Shown here one piece after another: positions 9,191-19,069 of a stretch of DNA of 64,000 bases. The stretch spans positions 194,649-258,648 of the forward strand of contig JAWKQE010000004.1 in the NCBI GenBank assembly GCA_041390305.1, written 5' to 3'. This DNA is from Candidatus Eiseniibacteriota bacterium. Its GTDB lineage: Bacteria; Eisenbacteria; RBG-16-71-46; CAIMUX01. The notes beneath the pieces are model-generated. The model did no database searches, had not been told where the DNA came from, and saw nothing but the letters and a program-made list of their open reading frames with translations. Every line of letters begins with the position of its first letter. Within the stretch, counting starts at the first letter, position 1. Position numbers and translations under genes: made by a program.

Positions 9191-9572
9191 ACATTCCCTC
9201 CGAGACAGTGTCGACCCGCACAGGTCGGGGCTCCGCTGGACGTTGGGTCCAAGGGACGACGACTCCGTTGGGCGGCGACTTCCGTCCGCGTGGCGCGGGC
9301 AAAGGGGGGACTTCGGCCGACGGCGACAAAAGCAGCATCCCGCCTCGGCATCGCCTGTGCAACCCAGGAATGGAGATACCTCAGCTCCCGGAGCCCTCAT
9401 CGTCCATGACCGCCCGTGGCCGGCCGGCCACCTCGAGGGCCTACGCCGACGGCACCCAGAGCCGCTCGAGCAGGGGACCGGAACCAGGTGGACATCGGTC
9501 CCTGCGAGGAGCAAGTTGTCGGGAACGAGAGCCGTACCCTCGGGGTACGAGCGCACGGAAGGAGACAAGACC

Positions 9573-10535
9573 ATGTTCCGCTACCTGCGCAGACTCGAGC
9601 CTCCATGGCTGGGCAGCGCCGCCAAGACGTTTCTCGCCAACGCCCTCACCCTCTCCCTCATCGCGATCGTCGCTCCACCCACCACGGCCCACGCGGAAGA
9701 GCACAAGAAGGCCGACCCGATCGGCGTCGAACCCGCCGCGTCCGAAGAGGTCCCGGGCCTCGTCCCGGGCGGGCCCGCGGTCGAGGAGTTCCGCACGGAT
9801 GACGGTTGGTCTCCGGTCGGCGGCTACCGAGTGCTGGTCGACGATGTCGTGGACGGATCCGCAGTCCTCTACGAAGATCCGGAGCATCACGAGTTCCTCG
9901 TGCTGACATCGGGCGACGCCCCGGCATTCGTGCTCGAGAAGACGGGCCACCGTGTCGGAACCCTTCCGCGCAGCAAGGTCGGACGGGACCAGGAGGGACA
10001 CCCTCTACCGATCCTCACCGAAGTCGAGTCCTACGGCAGCTTCGTGGACGACGAGGGGTTCGCACGCTTCGACTACGACAGCTCCACCTACCTCCTCCAG
10101 CCTGTACCGGCAGTGGTGGGAGAACGTACCGCGGCCGCGCTCCTCACGGAGAGGCCCGAGTATGCCGAGCTGTCGAAGTCCTACGAGCCGAACCCCAGTT
10201 CGCTCGAGAGCCTGTCCCGACACCACTCGGACGTCGACATCGTCGTCCTCTTTCCTTCCTGGGCGAAGGTCTCCGAACGGATCGTCCCGCCTCTTCTCCG
10301 GATCGTGGAGAGGGCGGACAATCCGGACCTCCACCTCACCTTCATCGGGCTGGACCGCGGCCTCGCTCAGCCCGCCGCGGCCCTCGAGTCGTACGCGCCC
10401 AGGACGGTGCCCGCCGTGATCGTGAAGTCGAACGGTCGCGAGATCGCGCGGTTCGAGGGCACGCCGGAACGTCGGCTCGAAGTCGAACTCGTCGACGCAC
10501 TCGCGCGGCACACCGAGCACGACTCGCCCCGATGA
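9573..10535 (+). CDS. Exported thioredoxin-fold protein with both active-site cysteines replaced
   Basis: Start trimmed to ATG 9573 after GGAAGGAGA. The signal/anchor is FLANALTLSLIAIVAPPTTAHA. The C-terminal Trx-like fold reads DIVVLFPSWAKVSERIVPPL (WAKVS where WCxxC is expected) followed by TVPAVIVKSNGREIARFEG (cis-Pro loop). Confidence 0.65.
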   Translation: MFRYLRRLEPPWLGSAAKTFLANALTLSLIAIVAPPTTAHAEEHKKADPIGVEPAASEEVPGLVPGGPAVEEFRTDDGWSPVGGYRVLVDDVVDGSAVLYEDPEHHEFLVLTSGDAPAFVLEKTGHRVGTLPRSKVGRDQEGHPLPILTEVESYGSFVDDEGFARFDYDSSTYLLQPVPAVVGERTAAALLTERPEYAELSKSYEPNPSSLESLSRHHSDVDIVVLFPSWAKVSERIVPPLLRIVERADNPDLHLTFIGLDRGLAQPAAALESYAPRTVPAVIVKSNGREIARFEGTPERRLEVELVDALARHTEHDSPR

Positions 10536-12958
10536 GTGACGATCCGGTGGACGGGGCCGAAGACGGAGCATTGGCGCCGGGCACTCGGCCCGACGCCGGC
10601 CCGAGTCGGCCACGCTGGATCCTCACTCCGGTCCTCGGCCTGATCATCCTCGCGGTCGCGCTCCTGACGGACACGGCCGCGAACCCGATCAGCGCGGAGC
10701 AGCTCGCCACGTTCGGGTTTCGTCTCGCCGATCTCATCCACGAGCCGTATCGCCTGCTCACGGCACCGTTCCTCGTCTACCGCCCGTCGATGCTGCCGAG
10801 CGTTCTCGCGATCGTCGCCGTGTTCGTCGGCCTCGCCGAGGTTCGTCTCGGATGGCGACGCGCGCTCGTGTCGTTCCTCGTCGGACACTTCGCGGGATAC
10901 GTCATCGCGCCGTTCGTGCTGACTCAGTTCGGAGGGGATTGGGCAAGCGGACTCGCGGCATTTCGCGACGTCGGCGCCTCGAACGGTGCGTTCGGCGCGT
11001 GGGGCGCGGTCGCACTGAGCGGATCCCGCCGACGAAACATCGGACTCGTCGCAGCCACGTACGCGTACCTGATCGCCGCGATCCTCCTCTCGGGACACGT
11101 CTGGGACTACGGTCATCTCTTTGCGTTCACGTTCGGGCTCGGCGTGGGAATCGCGCCGGTCTCCGCGGATCGCCGGCCGTCAGCAGTCGGCCGCACGCCC
11201 CGAATCGGGCGCACGATCGGACTCACCCTCCGCCCGGCCGAGACGATCGGGCTCGGCAGTGCACTCCTCGGGAGTCTCCACGTCATCGCGGGGCTGTCCC
11301 TGCCGAGGCATCCTGGCTTCGAGCAGCTGGAGTCCTGGGTGCCGCTGGGGGAACCGGGTTGGCCGCGTCTCCTCCTCATTCTGACGGGACTCGCGCAGCT
11401 CGTGCTCGCTCCCGGCCTCTACCGGGGCCAACGCACGGCGTGGGCATTGACCCTCCTGGCCATCGCCGTGACTTCCGTCCCAACGACGCTCGCCCACCCC
11501 GGCCCCGCCTCGATCGTGCTCGGTCTCGCGCTGCTGTTCGGACTCGTGAAGTCGCGACGATCCTTCCGAGCGCCCTCGCAGTGGATGCGGCAGCGCGGTG
11601 GATGGCGCCGGGCACTGGTCCCGTTGGGAGGCGCGGTCTGCTTCCTCGCCCTCGCGGGCGCGACGACGAGAGGTGGCTTCACCCCGGCGCTCGGAGTCGG
11701 TTCGTGGACGCGGACCGCGCTCGAAGCGATCCTCGGCCTCGTCGACCTCACGGGTCCCGGTGATCCAGAGCCTACTTCCGCGCTCGCACGGGATATGGTC
11801 CGGTTCCTTCCCTACGCCTTCTGGCCTCTCGCCTTCCTCACTCTGACGAGGCTTCTCGAAGGCGTGGCCGCACCGCGCGTCCGGCGAGGGGATCGTGAAG
11901 TCGCGCGGGCGCTGATGGAGACGTGGGGCGCCACGGGAACGGCGGCGATGACATTGCGAAAGGGCAACAGCCTCGGCCCTCTTCAGGAGGGGCGTTGCTA
12001 CGCCGCGTACCGCGTTGCGTACGGGCATGCGGTGGTCCTGGGGCAGCCGATCGGTCCACCGGACCGCGTCGTTTCCGCCGCCGAGGAGTTCGCAGCGCGG
12101 GCGCAGGAGCAGGGGTGGGGCGCCGTCTTCTATGCCGTGACCGCCGGCACGGCGGACGCGCTCCGACGGAACGGTTGGCATACGCTCAAGGTCGGCGAGG
12201 AAGCGATCCTTCCCCTGGCCGGACTCGAGTTCAAGGGCAAGAGCTGGCAATCGACACGAACGGCGCTCAACCGCGCCGAGCGGGAAGGCGTTCGCTTCGA
12301 GGCCTACCGTGCCGGAACACTCCCTCGCGAGCGACGCGCTGCCATCCTCGAGGTCGATCGATCCTGGAGCCAGAAGACGACCGCACTCCCGCCGATGGAG
12401 TTCGTACTCGGAAGCCTCGAAGACTTGGAGGAGCCGGGGAGCCTCGTCACGCTCGCGGTCGACGAGGCGGGTAGGGTGCACGCGTACGCGAGCTGGCTCC
12501 CGGTCCCGGCGCGGAACGGCTGGGTCATCGACCTGATGCGTCGCCACGAAACGTCGTTCAGCGGAGCGATGGAGTTCCTCATCGCGCGGTCGCTTCTCTT
12601 TCTCCAAGAAGAAGGCGCGGCCTACGCGAGTCTCGCGACCGCCCCGCTCGCGAACCTCAGTCCCGACCCGGAGCAGTCCCTCGTCCAGTCACTCCTGGCC
12701 CGGATCTTCACGCACGTCCACGAACCGTACGACTTCCGCTCGCTCTACGAGTTCAAGGAGAAGTTCCACCCCAGTTGGGAACCGGTCCACGTCGTGTATC
12801 GCTCGCCCGGCGAACTTCCAACCGTCGCACTCGCTCTGGCCAGAGCCCACATGCCGGCTCTCGACCTCGTTCATCTGGTAGCGCTCGTCGGCAGGTCGGC
12901 GGCGGAGCGTCTCTGGGACGAGACGCAGGCGATGCGGGAGATGGGTGCGGAGGCGTGA
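10532..12958 (+). CDS. Rhomboid-like membrane domain fused to an MprF-type aminoacyl-phosphatidylglycerol synthase (DUF2156/LPG-synthase C) domain
   Basis: ATG 10532 overlaps the upstream stop (ATGA). The N-terminal multi-TM region has GASNGAFGAWG and GHLFAFTFGLGVG (rhomboid-like Ser/His positions). The C-terminal half reads KSWQSTRTALNRAEREGVRFE...GWVIDLMRR...YEFKEKFHPSWEPVHVVY, typical of the MprF synthase domain. The first 242 codons of the 1050-aa track ORF are shadow sequence. Confidence 0.8.
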   Translation: MSDDPVDGAEDGALAPGTRPDAGPSRPRWILTPVLGLIILAVALLTDTAANPISAEQLATFGFRLADLIHEPYRLLTAPFLVYRPSMLPSVLAIVAVFVGLAEVRLGWRRALVSFLVGHFAGYVIAPFVLTQFGGDWASGLAAFRDVGASNGAFGAWGAVALSGSRRRNIGLVAATYAYLIAAILLSGHVWDYGHLFAFTFGLGVGIAPVSADRRPSAVGRTPRIGRTIGLTLRPAETIGLGSALLGSLHVIAGLSLPRHPGFEQLESWVPLGEPGWPRLLLILTGLAQLVLAPGLYRGQRTAWALTLLAIAVTSVPTTLAHPGPASIVLGLALLFGLVKSRRSFRAPSQWMRQRGGWRRALVPLGGAVCFLALAGATTRGGFTPALGVGSWTRTALEAILGLVDLTGPGDPEPTSALARDMVRFLPYAFWPLAFLTLTRLLEGVAAPRVRRGDREVARALMETWGATGTAAMTLRKGNSLGPLQEGRCYAAYRVAYGHAVVLGQPIGPPDRVVSAAEEFAARAQEQGWGAVFYAVTAGTADALRRNGWHTLKVGEEAILPLAGLEFKGKSWQSTRTALNRAEREGVRFEAYRAGTLPRERRAAILEVDRSWSQKTTALPPMEFVLGSLEDLEEPGSLVTLAVDEAGRVHAYASWLPVPARNGWVIDLMRRHETSFSGAMEFLIARSLLFLQEEGAAYASLATAPLANLSPDPEQSLVQSLLARIFTHVHEPYDFRSLYEFKEKFHPSWEPVHVVYRSPGELPTVALALARAHMPALDLVHLVALVGRSAAERLWDETQAMREMGAEA

Positions 12959-12972
12959 GGACCTCGAAGCGA

Positions 12973-13002
12973 GGGGCCTCGCCGATTGCTCGGCGGGGCC
13001 CC
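12973..13002. terminator. GC-rich hairpin between convergent genes (terminator-like, no U-tract)
   Basis: ggggcctcgccga / ttgc / tcggcggggcccc forms a 13-bp stem (one G-U pair) with a 4-nt loop. It lies 15 nt after the + gene stop and 9 nt before the - gene stop. Confidence 0.45.
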
Positions 13003-13010
13003 CACTTGGA

Positions 13011-15161
13011 TCAACGTACGCGGACGAAGCGCGTCGCGGCCGCCCCGTCGGGGGTGGCGAGTCTCACGAAGTACATCCCGGTCTCGGGAATCCTGTCCTG
13101 CGGAATCGAGGCGTGACCGATCGATCCGGCCTCGGCACTCGTCCTCTCCTCGAAGAGGAGACGGCCCGCTACGTCGAACACGGAGACGATGGACGCGCCG
13201 GCTCGGCCCTGCTGCCAACGGACCTCGACCGGGCCGTGCGAAGGATTCGGTGACACGGATAGGAACCGGCTCCCAACAGTGAGTGACGGCTCCGGACCCG
13301 CGGACACGTCGCACTGACGGTTCGCGAGGATGAGATCGTCGGTCATGACGAGCAGCTCGTCACCGGCCAGCCCGATCGCCATCGCGTCGGAACTGGTCGG
13401 CAACATGCCGATCCCGATCGCAGAGAGCGGATTCGCGACATCGACGACGGAGACCGATCCCGACGCCCCAGCGACGTAAAGGATGGTGCCGTCCAGGACG
13501 AGTCGCGTCGCGCTGCCTGGAACGGCGATCTCTCCGACGATGGTCGGCGTCGCGGGTGAGGAGATGTCCACGACCTGGACACCGGCATCGTCCGCCGCCG
13601 CGAGCAGGAAGTCTCCAAAGAGCACGACGTCCCTGACTTCGTCCGGCATGGCCACATTCGCCATCACAGTGGGAGTTCCGGGTGCGGAGATGTCGAGGAC
13701 GGTGAGACCGCCCGTTCCTTCAGCCACGAAGGCGCGGTCGCCACGCGGAACGCAGACGCCCGCGGTCCCGGGAGTGTCCACCGTCCCGAGGAGGCTGACG
13801 TCGCCAGGATCGGCGATGTCGATGATCGCGACTCCGGCGGGCCCCATCCCCACGCAGGCGATGTCACCCGCGACCCGGATGCTCCTGGCGTTGCCGGGCA
13901 GAGGTAGCGTGCCTACGAGGACGGGATCGTCCGCGCTCGGCACGTGAACCACCTCGAAGCCGCTCGCCTCGTCCGCCAGGAACGCGAACTCGCCGGAGAC
14001 AACCGCATCGAGGACGAAGCCCGGCGTATCGAGGATCGAGGCGGTCACCGGTTGCTGCGGATTGGACACGTCGACGAACACCGCCCCGGAACTGAGCGCG
14101 CCGACACACACGACCCCACCATCGCCGCTCACCGACTGCGTGTCCTGCGTGAGATCGAGGAACCCGGCGATCGGGACCGGAGAGGTGTTCGATGCGTCGA
14201 TCACGGTGAGCTCGCTCCCCACACCAAGGTACACACGCCCCTCGTGCACGGCGAATCCCCGGGTCGCACCGTCGAGATCGAGGAAGTTGAGGAGGGCGGG
14301 AGCGGACGGAAGAGAGACGTCCACGAGCAGGAGCTCGTCCATGAGCCCATTCGTGAGGAAGGCGACACCATCCGCGACGTGGACCTCGTCCGCGAGCCCC
14401 GGGAGAGGCTGGGTGTCCACGATCACTGGAGCACTCGGGACAGCGATGTCCACGACGGCAAGGCCGTGCGTATGGTCCGCGACGAAGCAGTAGTCACCTG
14501 AGACAGCGACTCCGTAGGCCTTTCCCGGCGTGTCCGCGATTCCTGCCACGGACGGGGCGGACGGCGTGGAGATGTCCACGACCACCATGCCCGTGAGGTC
14601 GGCGGCCACGTAGGCATTGTCTCCCACGACTTCGACGTCGAACGCCCGCGTGCTCGTCGACACGTGGCCCACGAACGTCGGATCCGAGGGACTCGAAACG
14701 TCGATGATCTGCACACCCGAGTATCCGTCCGCCAGGATCAGGTAGTCACCGGACAGGGCCAGCGCATAGGCAAGAGATGGCGTATCGACGCTCCCGACGA
14801 GGACAGGGGCTCCGGGATCGGTCACGTCGTAGACGGCGACACCTGCGGTCTCCATGGCGACGTACGCCAAGCCGCCGTCGACGAGAACATCACTCGCCGG
14901 CCCCGCCGTGGGCGTCGAGCTGAGGAGTGCGGGTGCTGCCGGGTTCGTGAGATCGACGATCGACATCCCGCTCGATCCCAGCGAGAGATACGCCGCACTC
15001 CCGGAGTAGGTCACCCCGAGGGGCGTCCCCGAGACACCCAACCCAGCCTCTTTGCGGAGGAAAGACGAGTAGTCGATACAGCCGGCCGAAGCCAAGCCGG
15101 ATGAAGCAGCGACGAGGGTACCGGCGAGGTAGGCGGAGGCGAGTCCAGGAATCCGTTTCAT
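13011..15161 (-). CDS. LVIVD-repeat beta-propeller lipoprotein with C-terminal FlgD-Ig/T9SS-type sorting domain
   Basis: 716-aa ORF with signal plus lipobox (GLASAGC). It has many units of the form GMVVVDISTPSAP / GLAVVDIAVPSAP / GVQIIDVSSPSDP. The tail is SVSPNPSHGPVEV...VFDVAGRLL...GMYFVRLATPDGAAATRFVRVR. Confidence 0.85.
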   Translation of the reverse strand: MKRIPGLASAYLAGTLVAASSGLASAGCIDYSSFLRKEAGLGVSGTPLGVTYSGSAAYLSLGSSGMSIVDLTNPAAPALLSSTPTAGPASDVLVDGGLAYVAMETAGVAVYDVTDPGAPVLVGSVDTPSLAYALALSGDYLILADGYSGVQIIDVSSPSDPTFVGHVSTSTRAFDVEVVGDNAYVAADLTGMVVVDISTPSAPSVAGIADTPGKAYGVAVSGDYCFVADHTHGLAVVDIAVPSAPVIVDTQPLPGLADEVHVADGVAFLTNGLMDELLLVDVSLPSAPALLNFLDLDGATRGFAVHEGRVYLGVGSELTVIDASNTSPVPIAGFLDLTQDTQSVSGDGGVVCVGALSSGAVFVDVSNPQQPVTASILDTPGFVLDAVVSGEFAFLADEASGFEVVHVPSADDPVLVGTLPLPGNARSIRVAGDIACVGMGPAGVAIIDIADPGDVSLLGTVDTPGTAGVCVPRGDRAFVAEGTGGLTVLDISAPGTPTVMANVAMPDEVRDVVLFGDFLLAAADDAGVQVVDISSPATPTIVGEIAVPGSATRLVLDGTILYVAGASGSVSVVDVANPLSAIGIGMLPTSSDAMAIGLAGDELLVMTDDLILANRQCDVSAGPEPSLTVGSRFLSVSPNPSHGPVEVRWQQGRAGASIVSVFDVAGRLLFEERTSAEAGSIGHASIPQDRIPETGMYFVRLATPDGAAATRFVRVR

Positions 15162-18039
15162 CGGAGAAGTACCATCCTTTCCGTCCAGCTACGCCCCTCG
15201 GCACGGAGCCGAGCAAAGTAGACGCCCGCCGTCATCTGGTTTCCTTCGGCGTCGCGGGCATCCCAGTCGAATCGAGAAACACCTGAGGAGATGGCCCCAT
15301 TCTGCAGAGTACGAACCACTCGCCCCCCGGCATCCACGATCGTCAGCGTCGTCGGCATCGGATGGGCGAGACGGAGTTCGATGCGCACCGTCCCGGACGA
15401 GGGCACGGGATAGACGAGCAGTTGCGGAATGCCCCCGAGTGCAGTGGGTACGGCGTCGCTCGTAGCGAGGTCGGATGGGACCACCTCGAGCTGAACATCG
15501 TCCAGGCCCGCTTCGACGATGCCCTGGATGCCGAGGTCACAGGCTCGGAAGCGGACCCGGACCTGGCTCGAAAGCGCCACGTAGTCGTGGATCGCCAGAG
15601 TGCGGAGCTCCCACTGGGCGGCGGAGTCCTCTATCTCGACCGCCACCCGCCAAGTGACACCGTCGTCGTCGGAGACCTCGATCGCGAGCACGTCGTCCGG
15701 AAAGAAGTTCCCTTCGGCGTACCAGAGGTGATGGACCAGATACGCCTCAGAGGCCTGCGCGAGGTCGAAACTCGGCGAGACGAGCGACGTACAGCCGTGG
15801 TCGACATCCGCGTCCCCGAGCCAGCCTCCGGGGTCACCGTTTCCTGTGATCCATGCGTGCGTACCGGGGACGTCGGTGTGGTCATCCTCCGCCTGGAGCC
15901 GCCGTCCATCCTCGTCTGTCCCGACCGGATCGGCGAGGATCCAGAATCCGGCCGTGGCGTCATCGTCCGGCCACCCGAGCTCCCACGGCATGTCCACAGG
16001 CGGCTCGGCGTCCCACGCGTGGACCAGGTCGGTCACGACGAAGCTGTAGACGCCCTCTGGCGCGTTCGCGGGCGACCTGGACTCGAGTCCCGCGCCGTCC
16101 ACTGCGACGAGGTAGTACTCGATCACGCTTCCTGTCGGCGCGGAGGGAGATCCCCCGAGTAGCGACCGTCGCCGACGTGCCCCATCGACACTTCCTGCCA
16201 GGTACCTTCGGTGGGGCGATACCACAGCCGCACGCTCGCAACGGTGCTGAGATCCGACACGACCGCCTCGATCTCCGTCGGACCGACCAGGCGCGGGACG
16301 GTCGTCGGGGTCGACACGTCTCGGATGTCGGGGCCGGCGTTGTCGATGAGATCGAAATGGAGTGGCGTCGTCTCTCCCGCAACCACGCTGAACGGCAGCG
16401 ACTGCGGCTGGAATCCGTCGATCTGGGCCACGGCGACATGGGAACCCGCCCGCACTCGGCCCGCGTAGTCTCCCGACGGGTCCGTTTGGAAGAAGTAGGC
16501 CGTGTCGAGGACTTCGACCCTGACGCCCGGTAGACCCTCATCCTCCCAACTCGCATTGCGTGCGGAACCCGCGATGTTCCCCATCTCGTCGAGGGCGGCC
16601 TGTACGGCCGCATAGGCGTCGAGGAACCCCATGCCGTAGGTGTTATCGTCCCCGCTCGATCCCTCGTCCCTCGCAGTCTGGAGCAAGAGGCTCTTGATCG
16701 TATCGACATCGAGGTCGGGATCTGCCTGCCGAAGAAGGGCGACGGCACCGGCAACGTGCGGCGCCGACATGGACGTCCCCGTGGCCAGGTTCGTCCCCCC
16801 ACCGAGGGCCGTCGTGCGAATGTCCACGCCGGGCGCAACCAGCTCCGGCTTGATTCTGTTCTGAGCCGGCGCAGTGCACCCGCTTGGGCCGCGGCTGGAG
16901 CTGAAGTGGATCGGGTACGGAAACACCTGTCCCGTGGCGTTGACCGAGCCGACCGCGAACGCGTTGGTCAGGGTGGTGGCCCGGTCTGCCGGCGAGCCGA
17001 TCGATCCCGCAGCCGGACCGTCGTTGCCGGCACTGAAGACCAACGCGACTCCGGCCATCTCGCAGTTGTCCATCGCAGCCCACCACCGGCTGTCGCAGTC
17101 GACATAGTGGGGATTCGACTCATTGACGGTCCACGAGTTCTCCACGACATCGGGGACATCGTCGATGGTCATCGGGTCTCCATCGGGGTCGATCAGCCAC
17201 TGGAGACAGTCGAGTATCCGGTCATCGAGATTCGCCGCGCTGAGAGCCGCCGCCGCGATCCACTGAGCGCCGAACGCAACACCCGTGGTGTCCGCTTCCG
17301 CGTCATCGAGTCCACTGATGATGCCGAGCACCGACGTCCCGTGGCCCAGAGGATCCGTCGGAAACGATGTTCCCGCGTCAGTCGCGTCGTACCAACACTC
17401 CTGCCAGGGATGTGCATCGTCCGCGCCGCGCCATCGGGAAGCGAGGGCAGGATGTGCACCGTCCACGCCGGTATCGATGAGGGCGACGAGGCGACCAGTG
17501 CCGTCGATTCCGAAGTCCCGCCAGACCTGACTGGCTCCGCCGGCGGTGAGCCCGTACGGCGTTTCCCCGCCGGCCCTCGCTCCGACAGACTGGACCGACT
17601 GGTGACCCAGTGCCCGAATCACGGGTACCGGCTCGATCCAGTCGACTTCGGGTCTGGCGGCGAGGCCGTACAGCTCGGATGGGCTCGCAGTGACCCGGCA
17701 CGCGTTCACGATCCAGTAGAAGCGGAAGTCGTCGATCCCGCCGCTCGCCCGACGACTCGAGAGATACGAGTCGAGGGCTGCCTGCCCGTCGCAAGATGCG
17801 CGCAACGCCTCCACGACCGTACGGTGTCGCTCCCCGAAGCCGGCGGAGCGACTCCGAAGAGAGGCATCGAGTTCGGCCAGAGGCGCTTGAGATCGGAGGA
17901 AGACGAGCGCGTCGATTCGCGCATCGGGTGCGGAGCCCGTGAGCCTCGCATCCAGCGATGGCGACAGTTCGCCAGCCGAAGCGGAGGAGACAGCAACCAC
18001 GACGGCAAGCAGCGAAAGAATGTCGGAACGGATGTACAA
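15158..18039 (-). CDS. Subtilisin-like S8 serine peptidase with C-terminal sorting domain; frame broken once at a C5 run (16152-16156)
   Basis: Track ORFs 16123..18177 and 15158..16225 are one gene. The likely start is TTG 18039, 8 nt after GGAGG, giving MYIRSDILSLLAVVVAVSSASA. The catalytic triad is LIDTGVD, HGTSVLG and GTSMSAPHVAG. The junction ...GDGRYSG|GSPSAPTGSVIEYYLVAVD is restored by a 1-nt change in ccccc. The tail is AGVYFARLRAEGRSWTERMVLLR. The stop overlaps the LVIVD start (ATGA at 15158-15161). Confidence 0.8.
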
Positions 18040-18382
18040 GAAGGCCCCTCCTCTCACAGGACTGCGATCCACTTCGAGCCTGATGCTTTGGCGCGGTTGC
18101 ACACCGACGTCGACGGCTGAAGCAGAACCTGGATGAGCCGACGCACTCGGAGTCGGAATCGAGAACCGACCTGGCAACTACCGTGACGTTGGCTTGGGCG
18201 GGGACGCGCGTGGGAGGGAGCCAAGGAGGGGAAAGCTCTCCAAACCCGTTCACGACACCTGAGACCCAACCGTAAGAGTGTACACCCGCACCGCCCCCTG
18301 GAGACAAGAGGTCCAGATCGGTCGCTACCGTTCGTTCCGGAGAAGGGTCGTGGGTGTCAGGGCGGACACCGTCGCTCCGCGG

Positions 18383-18865
18383 CTACTTCTTCCGCTCCTC
18401 ACGTCGGGCATACACGCCGCGGGCGAAGCCTCGGACTCTCGTCTCGAGGAACTCCAACCCTGTGAGGATGAGGACGGTGACGATGGACAGGGCGATCGCA
18501 CCGGCGTGGTATCCGAAGCCGATCGCCGCGCCGATGGAGGCGAGGATCCAGATCACCGCCGCGGTGGTGACTCCGTAGACCGCCTCCTGTCGCGTCATGA
18601 TCACGCCGGCACCGAGGAATCCGATCCCGGTGACGATCTGGCCGAGTACCCGGGTCGGATCGCCCGACGGGCCGGCGGCCATGCCCGGCACCGAGGATCC
18701 GAGGTGAACGAACACCGCAGTGCCGAGACAGATGAGCGTGCTCGTGCGCACCCCGGCGGGCTTGCCCCGGAGCTGCCGTTCCAGCCCCACGATCGCGCCG
18801 CAGAGCACCGCGACTCCCACGGTCGTCCAGAAGGCCCCCGCGAACGGATTCAGCGTCGAGTTCAA
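18383..18865 (-). CDS. MgtC/SapB/YhiD family membrane protein
   Basis: 160 aa, reading GAIVGLERQLRGKPAGVRTSTLICLGTAVF...GIGFLGAGVI, the canonical MgtC-family core. It is a membrane domain only. Confidence 0.9.
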   Translation of the reverse strand: MNSTLNPFAGAFWTTVGVAVLCGAIVGLERQLRGKPAGVRTSTLICLGTAVFVHLGSSVPGMAAGPSGDPTRVLGQIVTGIGFLGAGVIMTRQEAVYGVTTAAVIWILASIGAAIGFGYHAGAIALSIVTVLILTGLEFLETRVRGFARGVYARREERKK

Positions 18866-19069
18866 CTGCGCACCCCGCGTTTGGCTTTGATGAGGCGTTG
18901 GTTAGCGGCGGCACGATAGCACGGGAACGCGGTCGGACGAATCCTCCACTTCCTTGGGAAGGGCGCGACGTCAGGAGGGATGCCCGGAGGGATGTCCGCG
19001 CGCGTCCGCGCCGGCGCGGTCGACCTCTCCCAAGCCCTGGGTCCGCGCCCGACCGGGAAGCCGGACCCG

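Noticed and set aside
9806-10531. N-terminal 242 codons of the 1050-aa track ORF 9806..12958
   Set aside because: The sequence is Arg/Gly/Pro-rich with no protein-like features and lies in an alternative frame over the Trx-like gene. A clean ATG at 10532 overlaps the upstream stop (ATGA) and begins the membrane protein.
16152-16156. Frameshifts as programmed recoding or phase variation of surface proteins
   Set aside because: The homopolymer tracts are short (5 nt). Most breaks are not at repeats. They cluster several per 100-400 bp and also hit cytosolic genes (trpS, asnB, kinases). No slippery heptamer with a downstream structure was seen.
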